DNA of 64,000 nt from Chakrabartia sp. (GCA_046074265.1 JBJTNW010000012.1:21594-85593); one strand, 5' to 3'; shown: positions 48,293 to 56,838, numbered from the stretch's first letter. Notes: a model not told the origin generated them from the letters alone. Numbers and translations are program-made.

Positions 48293-49001
48293 CGACCAAA
48301 GACACCCCGGCCGGCAGGGGCACCCGGCCCAGAAGATGGCGCTCTAGGCCAAAGATGCGCGTTAGCATGGCATTGACTGGGGCTACGGGCATCTGATCGT
48401 CGCTTGTCGTCTTGCCCACCAGCTTGCCGACCAAACGTGCGGCGGCCGCCACCGGGAATAACAAGCTGTTAAAGGGGCTAAGCATCTCAATCGTCAGGCC
48501 GGCCTTGCGCGCCACCTTGGCTAACCCGGCCTTGGTGTAGCGGCGGTGATGGTGGTGCGCCCGATCATGCGCGCTCCACATCCACGGATTGGCCGGGACG
48601 GTTAGCAAAATCTTGCCGCCCGGCTTCAGCTTGCGGCGCAGGCTGGCAAGCGAGGCTTCATCGTCCTCAATATGCTCCAGCACATCGAGCAGCGCGATCA
48701 TGTCATAGCTGGCGTCCGCAATCCCGGTCAGTTCCGGCAGCGGGGCAACAAGAATGGGTCGACCAAGCCGGGTTTCGGCAAGGGCCCGCGCGCCATCGTC
48801 AATCTCGATGGCATCGACTGTCCCAAACTGGCCAAGCATATCAAAATTATGCCCAGTCCCGCAGCCGACTTCGAGGATGCGCGCGCCCGAGGCGGGGCGG
48901 ATGCGTTTGGCAATCAGCCCGGCCAGAATGCGCCGCCGCGCCACATACCACCAATGGGTCGCGTCATGCAGCGCCATGCGATCATAAACGTCGCGGTCCA
49001 T
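48279..49001 (-). CDS. Class I SAM-dependent methyltransferase (GtrB-associated family)
   Basis: HWWY.ARRRIL N-terminus, ILEVGCGTG motif I, LLDVLEHIEDD, HHRRY. Confidence 0.88.
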   Translation of the reverse strand: MDRDVYDRMALHDATHWWYVARRRILAGLIAKRIRPASGARILEVGCGTGHNFDMLGQFGTVDAIEIDDGARALAETRLGRPILVAPLPELTGIADASYDMIALLDVLEHIEDDEASLASLRRKLKPGGKILLTVPANPWMWSAHDRAHHHHRRYTKAGLAKVARKAGLTIEMLSPFNSLLFPVAAAARLVGKLVGKTTSDDQMPVAPVNAMLTRIFGLERHLLGRVPLPAGVSLVAILS

Positions 49002-49002
49002 G

Positions 49003-49998
49003 TCAGTTCTTTCCAGGCGGTTGGGCGATCTCGTCGCCGGCAAGGCCAATCGCATCGCGGATGATGTAAAGCGGGCGTTGCTTGGCTTCGATCATAATCC
49101 GCCCGACATATTCGCCAAGAATGCCCAGCGACAAAAGCTGCAACCCGCCAAAAAACAGGACCGCCACCATCAGCGAGGCATAGCCGGCCACCGAAATGCC
49201 GAAAAACAGCGCCTTGGTGATGATGAACAGCGCGAAGATGAACGAACAGGCCGCGACGATCGCGCCCACATAGGTCCAGATGCGCAACGGGGCGGTCGAG
49301 GAGGAGGTGATACCATCCAGCGCCAGCGTCCAGAGCTTCCACGGCCGGAACTTGGTTGTCCCCAAAGTCCGTTCCGCCCGGACATATTCGACCGAGGTCG
49401 ACTTGAAGCCGCTCCACGCGAACAGGCCCTTCATAAAGCGGTTGCGTTCGGGCAGGCGGCAGATGACATCCACCACGCGCCGGTCCAGCAGGCGGAAATC
49501 CCCGGCATGATCGGGGATCTTGTCGGTGCTCAAAAGATTATGGGTCTTGTAATAGAGGTCGGCGGACAGCCGCTTGGGCAGGCTGTCGGTCGCGCGGTCG
49601 CGGCGGACGCCGTAAACCGTGTCATAGCCCGCGCGCCATTTGGCAATCATATCGCCCAGCACCTCAGGCGGGTCCTGAAGGTCCACGTCCATCGGGACGA
49701 CGGCTGCGCCCCGGGCATGGTCCAGCCCGGCAGACAGTGCGGCTTCCTTGCCAAAATTGCGCGACAGGGAAATGGCCCGCACCCGGGCATTGCCAAGATG
49801 CGCGGCAGCGATTGCGGCCATCGTGCCATCGGTGCTGCCATCATCAATGAAGAGGATTTCGTACGAGCTGGCGGCCGGATCAGACAGCTGCTCGATGACC
49901 GCACTGACGCGCGTGACAAAGGCCGCAATCGCCTCTTCTTCATCCTTGACCGGGACAATGACGGACAGGACGGGCGGGGAGTTATCGGATAGTGGCAT
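49003..49998 (-). CDS. gtrB: Bactoprenol glycosyltransferase GtrB-like (GT2)
   Basis: SVIVPVKDEE, IDDGSTDGT, LSRNFGKEAAL.AGL, MDVDLQDPP, GDFRL.DR, RFMKGLFAWSGF, two C-terminal TMs. Confidence 0.88.
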   Translation of the reverse strand: MPLSDNSPPVLSVIVPVKDEEEAIAAFVTRVSAVIEQLSDPAASSYEILFIDDGSTDGTMAAIAAAHLGNARVRAISLSRNFGKEAALSAGLDHARGAAVVPMDVDLQDPPEVLGDMIAKWRAGYDTVYGVRRDRATDSLPKRLSADLYYKTHNLLSTDKIPDHAGDFRLLDRRVVDVICRLPERNRFMKGLFAWSGFKSTSVEYVRAERTLGTTKFRPWKLWTLALDGITSSSTAPLRIWTYVGAIVAACSFIFALFIITKALFFGISVAGYASLMVAVLFFGGLQLLSLGILGEYVGRIMIEAKQRPLYIIRDAIGLAGDEIAQPPGKN

Positions 49999-50043
49999 GG
50001 CTTCCTGCCCCCTCTAGCGCCGTCAGCGCGGCAAGTGCAATGC

Positions 50044-50454
50044 TCATCCGAACACCCAGCGCCGGTTGAGCGTGAAGGTCAGGGCGGGCGTAACGAAGAT
50101 AATCGGGATCACCGGCCACCAGGTTGGCCCGCCCAAATGCTTGACGAGCAGCCAGACGAAGAACTGGTTGGACAAAAAACCAATGCCATTGGTGATGAAG
50201 AAGCGGATGGTCCGGATATGAACGCGATCGCGCTGGCCATGATCGCGAAAGCTGATGCGGCTGTGCATCACATAGCCAATGCCGGTGAAAACAACATAGA
50301 CCAGCGTCATCGACACCATCGGATCGACATGGAAAAGATCAGCGATGGCCCAATAGGCGCCGGCCACGCAAAAGGTGAGGGCAAGGCCCACCACGCCGAA
50401 GCGGATGACCTGACCCAATAATCGCGCCTTGTCGCTTGTTCCGAACCGCGTCAC
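50044..50454 (-). CDS. gtrA: GtrA family lipid-linked sugar flippase
   Basis: 136 aa, four TMs, RFGVVG...YVMHSRISFR...RFF...TF.LNRRWVF. Confidence 0.88.
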   Translation of the reverse strand: MTRFGTSDKARLLGQVIRFGVVGLALTFCVAGAYWAIADLFHVDPMVSMTLVYVVFTGIGYVMHSRISFRDHGQRDRVHIRTIRFFITNGIGFLSNQFFVWLLVKHLGGPTWWPVIPIIFVTPALTFTLNRRWVFG

Positions 50455-50503
50455 GCTCGCCCCTTGCCCTTTCGAGCGGAGCCTTTAAGCGTCTCGACCG
50501 CAC

Positions 50504-52294
50504 ATGCAAACGGGCAAACCACTTCCTCGCCTGAATTGGGCGCAGCAGCTTCTGGGCCTTTGGCTGGTCGTTGCCGCCGTTTTGATCGCTTTTCGCTGGC
50601 AGAATATCGATTATCTGATCCTTGCCGATACCGATGATAATTTGCGGCTGGCACAGGTTAAAGCCTGGCTGGCAGGGCAAGGCTGGTATGATCTGCGCCA
50701 GTATAAGCTGGACCCGCCGGGCGGCGCCAACATCCACTGGTCGCGGCTGCCAGACTTGCCCCTTGGCGGGATTATGGCTGGACTGTCGCCATTTCTTGGG
50801 CGGCTTATGGCAGAAAAAATTGCCATTGGGGTGGCGCCGCTGTTCCCGCTGGGCGTGGCCATGCTGGGCGTCACGCTGGTCGCACGGCGATTGCTGGGCG
50901 GCGCTGCATGGCTTTTTGCGGTGGCGTTGTTGTGCAGCGGTGCCGCAGCCTTGGGAATGTTCCTGCCAGTTCGTATCGATCATCATGGCTGGCAATTGGC
51001 GTTTCTGGCGCTGGCGCTGGCAGGGCTGGCCGATCCCGAAGCGCGACGCGGTGGGCTCACCGTTGGTCTGGCGACCGCGGCGTCGCTATCGGTGGGGCTG
51101 GAGATGCTGCCCTATCTGGCATTGTGCGGCGGGTTGGTGGGGCTGCGTTGGTTGATGGATGTCGATCAGGCGGCACGCCTGCGCGCTTATGGGCTGGCGC
51201 TTGCCCTTGGCACGGCACTTGGCTTTGCGGTCTTTGCGTCGCAAGCCAATCGCGCGCCGCGCTGCGATGCGCTGACCCCGGTCTGGCTGTCGACCTTGGT
51301 CCTCGCCGGGGCCTTGCTCGTGGTGCTTCCGGCGCTCTCGGCGCGGCGGCTGCCGATGCGGATTGCGGCGGCGGTGCTGTCGGCGCTGTTGGTTGCCGTC
51401 TTTTTCGCAGGGGCGTGGCCGCAATGCCTTGGCCGGCCCGAAGGCCTGTCCGATGCGCTGTATCGCGACTGGTTCATGCAGATTTCAGAGGTGCGCCCGC
51501 TTTACAAGCTTGATGCCAATGCCGCGATCAGCATTGCAGCGCTGCCGGTGCTGGGCCTTTTGGGAAGTCTGGTGATGATCTGGCGGGATCGGGCGCAATG
51601 GCGCGTCTGGGGCCAGTTTGCGGTGCTCGGCGCTGCCGCGTTGGCCATGCTCTTTTGGCAGATGCGCGCGGGTCCTGCGGCCCAGATCTTGTCGATCCCG
51701 GGCGCCACTGCGCTGATGATGCAGCTTGTGCCGGGGCTGGCGCGGTCGCGCGTTTACGCGGTGCGTGCTTTTGGACCCATCGCCGCCTTCATCCTGCTTT
51801 CGGGAATTGTCGTGCCGATCAGCGGTGCGGTCGCGCCGTTGGTGATGCCCGCCAAGCCTGCGTCCAGCCCGTCTGTCACCGCGCGTGCCCGGCAGGCATC
51901 TGCCCGGTGCACCACGCTTGCCGCCCTGCGGCCCATTGCGCGCGTTCAGCCGGGCACCATGTTTACTTTTGTTGATCTGTCCCCCCGGCTTATCGCCATG
52001 ACCCCGCATAAGGCCATTGCCGGGCCTTATCATCGAAACGGCGCGGCGATCCTGGATGTCTTTTCGGCCTTTCGGGGCGACCCTGATCGGGCGCAGCGCA
52101 TCATCCGTGCGCATCATGCGGGCTATGTCCTGATCTGTCCGGGAATGGCAGAGGGGAATAATCACCTCAAGGCCGGCCCAAAGGGGTTTCTGGCTCAGTT
52201 GCAAAAGGGCCAAACGCCGGACTGGCTAGAGCCTATGCCGCTTCCCGCCGACAGTCCGTTTCGTCTTTGGCGCGTCCGGCCAGCCCAGCGTTAA
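50504..52294 (+). CDS. Polytopic GT-C membrane protein with STT3/AglB-like motifs
   Basis: DTDDNLRL (EL1 acidic), PPGGANIHWSRLPD, RIDHHGWQ, about 13 TMs, periplasmic C-domain with FVDLSP and AGPYHRN; divergent from gtrA. Confidence 0.55.
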   Translation: MQTGKPLPRLNWAQQLLGLWLVVAAVLIAFRWQNIDYLILADTDDNLRLAQVKAWLAGQGWYDLRQYKLDPPGGANIHWSRLPDLPLGGIMAGLSPFLGRLMAEKIAIGVAPLFPLGVAMLGVTLVARRLLGGAAWLFAVALLCSGAAALGMFLPVRIDHHGWQLAFLALALAGLADPEARRGGLTVGLATAASLSVGLEMLPYLALCGGLVGLRWLMDVDQAARLRAYGLALALGTALGFAVFASQANRAPRCDALTPVWLSTLVLAGALLVVLPALSARRLPMRIAAAVLSALLVAVFFAGAWPQCLGRPEGLSDALYRDWFMQISEVRPLYKLDANAAISIAALPVLGLLGSLVMIWRDRAQWRVWGQFAVLGAAALAMLFWQMRAGPAAQILSIPGATALMMQLVPGLARSRVYAVRAFGPIAAFILLSGIVVPISGAVAPLVMPAKPASSPSVTARARQASARCTTLAALRPIARVQPGTMFTFVDLSPRLIAMTPHKAIAGPYHRNGAAILDVFSAFRGDPDRAQRIIRAHHAGYVLICPGMAEGNNHLKAGPKGFLAQLQKGQTPDWLEPMPLPADSPFRLWRVRPAQR

Positions 52295-52319
52295 GGCCTA
52301 GGTCGATTGAGCGGTAAAG

Positions 52320-52685
52320 GGGTGGGGGTTTCTGTTGCCCGGCACCCCCGGGCCGCTGGTTTCTGCTTCTGTTGCCCGGCGCAGTCCGTGCCGCGTTCTA
52401 TTTGGGTAACTTTAAGCCACGAAGGCCCTTAGTTACGCAGCCAGAGCAAGTGCTTCGTTATCGTTGGCACTTATAGGTTTTGAACGGTTTTACGGCGCAT
52501 TCAGGCCGGGTAAAAATACCGTCTTTCAATACACGTCGATCCTAGTTCGGCCCCGTCATGCCCTTCGCCCGCAAGCGGAGGAGATGGTGGAGCCGCCGGG
52601 TACCGCCCCCGGGTCCGCTGCATCTATTTCACGGCACAGTTTATCACCATAGCCGGGCGAACCCGGCTCAACTGATATAGGCGGG
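52320..52685 (-). ncRNA. ssrA: Two-piece (circularly permuted) tmRNA
   Basis: Acceptor piece ends GGGGGCGGTACCCGGCGGCTCCACCA at 52585; coding piece starts GGGGCCGAACTAGGATCGAC at 52554; tag reading frame 52468-52433 encodes ANDNEALALAA-stop. Outer ends approximate. Confidence 0.93.
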
Positions 52686-52761
52686 CGTGCCGCAGATTTA
52701 AACCCCGATGCGGCCAAGCGATGGGCTTGTTCTAATCTCTACTCACCGCTAGGGTATTTAA

Positions 52762-53190
52762 ATGCTCACCCAACGGTCCCGCTATGGCTTGCGTGCGATG
52801 CTTCTGCTTGCACGCGAACCCGCAGGCGCGGCACCCGTGCCGATGAGCCGCATTGCACAAGAAGCTGTCATTCCGCGCAAGTTTCTGGAAATCATTCTTG
52901 CCGAACTGAAGAACGCAAATCTTGTGGTCAGCACGCGTGGCAAGCAGGGCGGGTTCCACCTTGCCCGCCCGGCCAATTTGATTTCCTTTGGCGATATCAT
53001 CCGCGTGATTGAAGGGCCCTTGGCGCTGGTACCGTGCGTCAGTCGCACGGCCTATAAGAAATGCAAGGACTGCCGGAACGAGGCAACGTGCGAAATTCGC
53101 AAGGCGATGATGATCGTCCGCGACGATACCGCGCGCATTCTGGATGGAACAAGCCTTGCCGCCGCCGTTGACGGAGATTTGGGCGTTTAA
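52762..53190 (+). CDS. Rrf2 family transcriptional regulator
   Basis: RYGLRAMLLLA, IPRKFLE.IL..L....LV.STRGKQGGF.LA, C-terminal C-x8-C-x2-C-x5-C. Confidence 0.9.
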   Translation: MLTQRSRYGLRAMLLLAREPAGAAPVPMSRIAQEAVIPRKFLEIILAELKNANLVVSTRGKQGGFHLARPANLISFGDIIRVIEGPLALVPCVSRTAYKKCKDCRNEATCEIRKAMMIVRDDTARILDGTSLAAAVDGDLGV

Positions 53191-53753
53191 GCAGCGAGCA
53201 GGGCCGCGCTTCGCATCGGGGCGTCCGTCTCTTCTGCATCCACCATCAGATCGCGGGCATATTCCACCGCCATAATATCCTGCCCTCGCGCCGCGCACGG
53301 GTGCGGCGCCACCTTGCCGGTGCGCGTAAAGCCAAGCTTGCGCAAGACATTGGCAGATGCGGGGTTGTCGACGAAATGCCGGGCAACCAGACGGGGGTGG
53401 CGCAGCGTTAGCCGGGCCATGTCGACAAGCGCGCCCGCGGCTTCGGTCGCAAAGCCCAAGCCCCAATATTCAGGCGCAATCCAATAGCCGATTTCGTGCG
53501 CCGCCCCGGCCGGGTTCAGGCCCACGCCGCCGATGAGGCGGGGCTTACCCGCTGTGCGCAGGAAGATCAGCAATTGAGGGGCGGTCGGGTCGTAAGGGCG
53601 GTCCAGAAAGGCGCGCGCTTCTGCTGGGCCATAGGGCCAGGGCAGGCAAGCCAGCTTCTTTGCCACAGCCTCATGGCCGATCGCCTCGGCAAGCGCCGGG
53701 GCATCGTCTGTCCAGCCGGGTCTTAACACCAATCGCTTTGTACGCGCGAACAT
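53187..53753 (-). CDS. GNAT family N-acetyltransferase (RimJ/RimL-like)
   Basis: TKRLVLRP, EIGYWIAPEYWGLGFATEA, NPASANVLRKLGF. Confidence 0.88.
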   Translation of the reverse strand: MFARTKRLVLRPGWTDDAPALAEAIGHEAVAKKLACLPWPYGPAEARAFLDRPYDPTAPQLLIFLRTAGKPRLIGGVGLNPAGAAHEIGYWIAPEYWGLGFATEAAGALVDMARLTLRHPRLVARHFVDNPASANVLRKLGFTRTGKVAPHPCAARGQDIMAVEYARDLMVDAEETDAPMRSAALLAA

Positions 53754-53872
53754 CGCTATCTCCTCAACTCGTTGCAGTCTTAACCGGCGGATATGACCGG
53801 CGTGCGACACATCGGGGTCACCTTGGGGAAAGCCGGTGCTTTTCCAAGACGAACCGCGGGAAGGGAGACAAA

Positions 53873-53920
53873 GAAAAAGGGAGCAGGACCATTCCCCTTC
53901 GGGGTGGTTCCGTCTCCCTT
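53873..53920 (-). terminator. Terminator-like hairpin after rpmA
   Basis: Minus strand AAGGGAG...CCCC-GAA-GGGG...CTCCCTT followed by a T-rich run. Confidence 0.55.
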
Positions 53921-53981
53921 CTTGTCCGGTCGTACCGGACGTTCGGGCCACCCCTTGGGCGACCCGATATGGGGTCACCGA

Positions 53982-54251
53982 TTATTCGGCCGCAATCGCC
54001 ATTGCGTCGACCGATACATATTTGCGGCCTTGGCGGCCTTCATGGAAGCGCACGCGGCCACCCGAGGTGGCAAACAACGTGTGATCCTTGCCAAGACCGA
54101 CATTCACGCCCGGATAGACGCGCGTGCCGCGCTGACGCACGATGATGTTGCCGGCAACGACTGTTTCGCCACCAAACTTCTTCACGCCCAAGCGACGGCC
54201 GGCAGAATCGCGGCCGTTGCGGGATGAACCACCTGCTTTTTTATGTGCCAT
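53982..54251 (-). CDS. rpmA: 50S ribosomal protein L27
   Basis: [39 protein letters not shown]. Confidence 0.98.
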   Translation of the reverse strand: MAHKKAGGSSRNGRDSAGRRLGVKKFGGETVVAGNIIVRQRGTRVYPGVNVGLGKDHTLFATSGGRVRFHEGRQGRKYVSVDAMAIAAE

Positions 54252-54265
54252 GGCTCAATAACTCC

Positions 54266-54670
54266 TTACTCTGCCGCTGCGGCTTTTTTGGCCGCGGGCT
54301 TCTTGGCGGGCTTGGCTTCGGCTGCTGCCTCAACCGGCGCAGCTTCAGCCTTTTTCGGCGCGGCCTTTTTGGCATCGCCGACAGCGAGAATCTTCAGGAC
54401 CGTCAGGCTCTGGCGGTGGCCGTTGCGACGACGATAATTGTGCCGACGACGCTTTTTGAAGACGATGACCTTGTCACCGCGACCCTGAGTCAGGATTTCA
54501 GCAGAGACCGTCAGACCGGTCGTCGGCTTCACTTCGCCAGCGTCACTCGCAAAGAGGACGTCATCCAGCGTCACCTTGTCACCCGCTTCACCAGCGAGTT
54601 TCTCGACAACGATCTTGTCTCCGGCGGCGACGCGGTATTGCTTGCCGCCCGTGCGCACGATTGCGAACAT
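54266..54670 (-). CDS. rplU: 50S ribosomal protein L21
   Basis: [31 protein letters not shown]; Ala/Lys-rich tail. Confidence 0.97.
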   Translation of the reverse strand: MFAIVRTGGKQYRVAAGDKIVVEKLAGEAGDKVTLDDVLFASDAGEVKPTTGLTVSAEILTQGRGDKVIVFKKRRRHNYRRRNGHRQSLTVLKILAVGDAKKAAPKKAEAAPVEAAAEAKPAKKPAAKKAAAAE

Positions 54671-54837
54671 GGCTATCAATCACTTCTTCTAAAAGCTTCA
54701 AGACCGCGCAAAAAACATCGCCAAAGGCACTGCCTAGGCGCGGAAGCAGGCTCGCTAGAGCGGTGGTACGATTCTGTCAACCGCCGCAACAGCCTTTTTG
54801 CGCGGCCGCCGCCCTTTTGCGCCGCCTTTTTTCCGGC

Positions 54838-55218
54838 TTAGTGGCGTAGTTCCGGTTTCAGCACATAACGGCCATTGCGAAACTCGCTGAACATCTGGCG
54901 GACTTCGGGGTGATCAACCGGCCCTTCTTCGTCATCCGGCAGCAGATTTTGTTGGCTGACATAGGCCACATAGCTTGTTTCGCCATTTTCAGCGAGCAGA
55001 TGATAAAAAGGCTGGTCCTTGGCTGGCCGGATATCTTCGGGGATGGAGTCGTACCATTCCTCGCTGTTCGCAAAAACCGGATCAATATCAAACACCACGC
55101 CCCGGAAGGGGAAAATCCGGTGACGCACGACCTCGCCAATCCCAAACCGGGCGTGCGACACGGGCGGTGCCTCGATCCCAAAGGGCATCTGCGGCGGCGT
55201 ATGGGGAGAATTGTTCAT
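54838..55218 (-). CDS. hspQ: Heat shock protein HspQ
   Basis: ARFGIGEVVRHR.FPFRGVVFDIDP.FAN.EEWY...KDQPFYHLLAEN...YVAYVSQQNL. Confidence 0.92.
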   Translation of the reverse strand: MNNSPHTPPQMPFGIEAPPVSHARFGIGEVVRHRIFPFRGVVFDIDPVFANSEEWYDSIPEDIRPAKDQPFYHLLAENGETSYVAYVSQQNLLPDDEEGPVDHPEVRQMFSEFRNGRYVLKPELRH

Positions 55219-55226
55219 AAAGATGA

Positions 55227-55254
55227 ATCTAGTGCGTCTCCGAATAATCGCAAG
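55227..55254 (-). promoter_or_regulatory. Putative sigma-32 promoter of hspQ
   Basis: Minus strand CTTG-N17-ACTAGAT, ending 8 nt before the ATG. Confidence 0.5.
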
Positions 55255-55338
55255 CGCCCGCTTGCACAACAGAACGCCCTCGGCTAAGCGCCCCGCTCTA
55301 CTCGCCAGACAGGCGCTGCCTGCATTCTGAGCCTCTGC

Positions 55339-55428
<90 letters not shown>

Positions 55429-55472
55429 GCACCCTTTGATTTATAAGGGTAATTTTGCAAATTTTCTATTTT

Positions 55473-55492
55473 GCCCACGAAAAAGCCCACGA
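55473..55492. repeat. Direct repeat GCCCACGA x2 (candidate integrase arm-type sites)
   Basis: GCCCACGA at 55473-55480 and 55485-55492, 44 nt downstream of tRNA-Ser. Confidence 0.5.
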
Positions 55493-55601
55493 CAGCTGGT
55501 TGGTCTGTGGCGATAGATTGCGAACTATTGCGGCTGGCCACTGAGGGTAGAAGGTGACACCATATGACCTGCAATCGGACAAATAGGGACATAGGTGCGT
55601 C

Positions 55602-56204
55602 GTGGAAAATTCCGGGGAAAGCAACGAAGCGCCATTGCAGGCCCTATTGCGCGACCTCAAAGATGACATCGTTTCGGATTTAGGTCTGACGCTATTTCGC
55701 TATGTTTGGCGGTGGGAGGAAACCGCAGACCCTTACTGGATAGATCTGGCGATAGTTGAGACAGGCAAGAATGGATATCGGCTACCGCCGTCGCTCCAAA
55801 ATCTTGCCACACACACCGCGAGCCTCCGCCTTATGGGGAGCGAACGCAAAGGGAGGGCCCCCAAAGCGCTCAAAGAAGAAATAAAACTGCGGGCCTTCAT
55901 GCTCATGGCGTCTTTAATCGCCGCCGATCAAAATGGCGAACCGATTTTTGAGGAGGGCAAGAAGCTCGGGGTGATTTCGGCGGCTGCAGCGCACGCTGCG
56001 AACGCAATGGCCCAGCAATTTGGTCGTCAGTATTATACAGCAAGCGTACTAGAGAAATTTTACAAGCAGCAGTGCAAGAGCCCGATGCCGTGGCTGGAAG
56101 AACTCGTTCAGACGGAGATTTTTGAGCGCCACCCAGAGGCGTTAGCATTGTTGAACGGCGAGTTGGCCAAGCTCCGTAGACTTCAAAGGGGCAATCGGCA
56201 TTAG
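55602..56204 (+). CDS. Hypothetical protein (island-borne)
   Basis: 200-aa ORF with GTG start, no recognisable motif, upstream of the HTH gene on the same strand. Confidence 0.6.
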   Translation: MENSGESNEAPLQALLRDLKDDIVSDLGLTLFRYVWRWEETADPYWIDLAIVETGKNGYRLPPSLQNLATHTASLRLMGSERKGRAPKALKEEIKLRAFMLMASLIAADQNGEPIFEEGKKLGVISAAAAHAANAMAQQFGRQYYTASVLEKFYKQQCKSPMPWLEELVQTEIFERHPEALALLNGELAKLRRLQRGNRH

Positions 56205-56313
56205 TGCCGGGAAGAAAACGAACATTTTATTCCCGTTTAGTAGGCTCAATAGTGCCCTAACTGCGTCTCCACCGAAGCATTGCCAGCACGCGTTGGCTCG
56301 GAGGAGAAGTTAC

Positions 56314-56532
56314 ATGGAACCCATCGCACTTACTGTAAGTGATACGTCCAAAGCCGCCGGCTTTGGGAAGACTACAACGTACAAGCTCATTAAAGAAGGC
56401 AAGCTCAAGGCCATCAAAGTCGGGCGTCGTACACTTGTTACAATGGCAAGCATCAAGGCCCTCCTCGAAGGGACGCCGAGCTCGGCAACTGCCAGCACAG
56501 GCGACGCAGATGTGAAAGAGGTGGTCCAATGA
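56314..56532 (+). CDS. Excisionase/AlpA-like helix-turn-helix protein
   Basis: LTVSD..KAAGFGKTTTYKLIKEGKLKAIKVGRRTLV pattern; GGAGAAG RBS. Confidence 0.85.
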   Translation: MEPIALTVSDTSKAAGFGKTTTYKLIKEGKLKAIKVGRRTLVTMASIKALLEGTPSSATASTGDADVKEVVQ

Positions 56533-56831
56533 ACGCCCCCTTCATTAGCGGACAAGCCATGCCACCCCTGTACGCATCTGTCGATGTTGTGATGTCGAAT
56601 ACGGCAGGGCTTATCCTGCAGCGCATTAAAAGGGGTGAGTTGCAGGATCGTTTTACCCAGCGCGATATTACGCAAAAAGGTTGGTCAGGTCTTAGTGATC
56701 CCAAACGCGTCGAAATGGCCTTGGCTACGCTTCGAGAGTTCGGATGGGTGAGGTCGAATAAGGTTTCTACATCAGGTCGTCCCAAGGAGGTCTTTGAGAT
56801 TAACCCGGCAGCCATGACGCAACACGTCTGA
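56529..56831 (+). pseudogene. DUF3987/YfjI-like replication protein, C-terminal winged-helix only (apparent internal deletion)
   Basis: LILQRIKRG...FTQRDITQKGWSGL...ALATL.EFGWVR....SGRPK..FEINP resembles DUF3987 C-termini; only 100 aa; ATGA-coupled to the HTH gene. Confidence 0.5.
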
Positions 56832-56838
56832 CCTTAGA

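Noticed and set aside
54266-54370. Repetitive GCC/AAG-rich DNA at the rplU 3' end (also the Asp-rich tail at 19380-19500)
   Set aside because: Explained by low-complexity protein tails, not by DNA repeat elements.
55564-55683. Short ORF after tRNA-Ser as a possible integrase 5' remnant
   Set aside because: The 39-codon product shows no integrase arm-binding domain resemblance.
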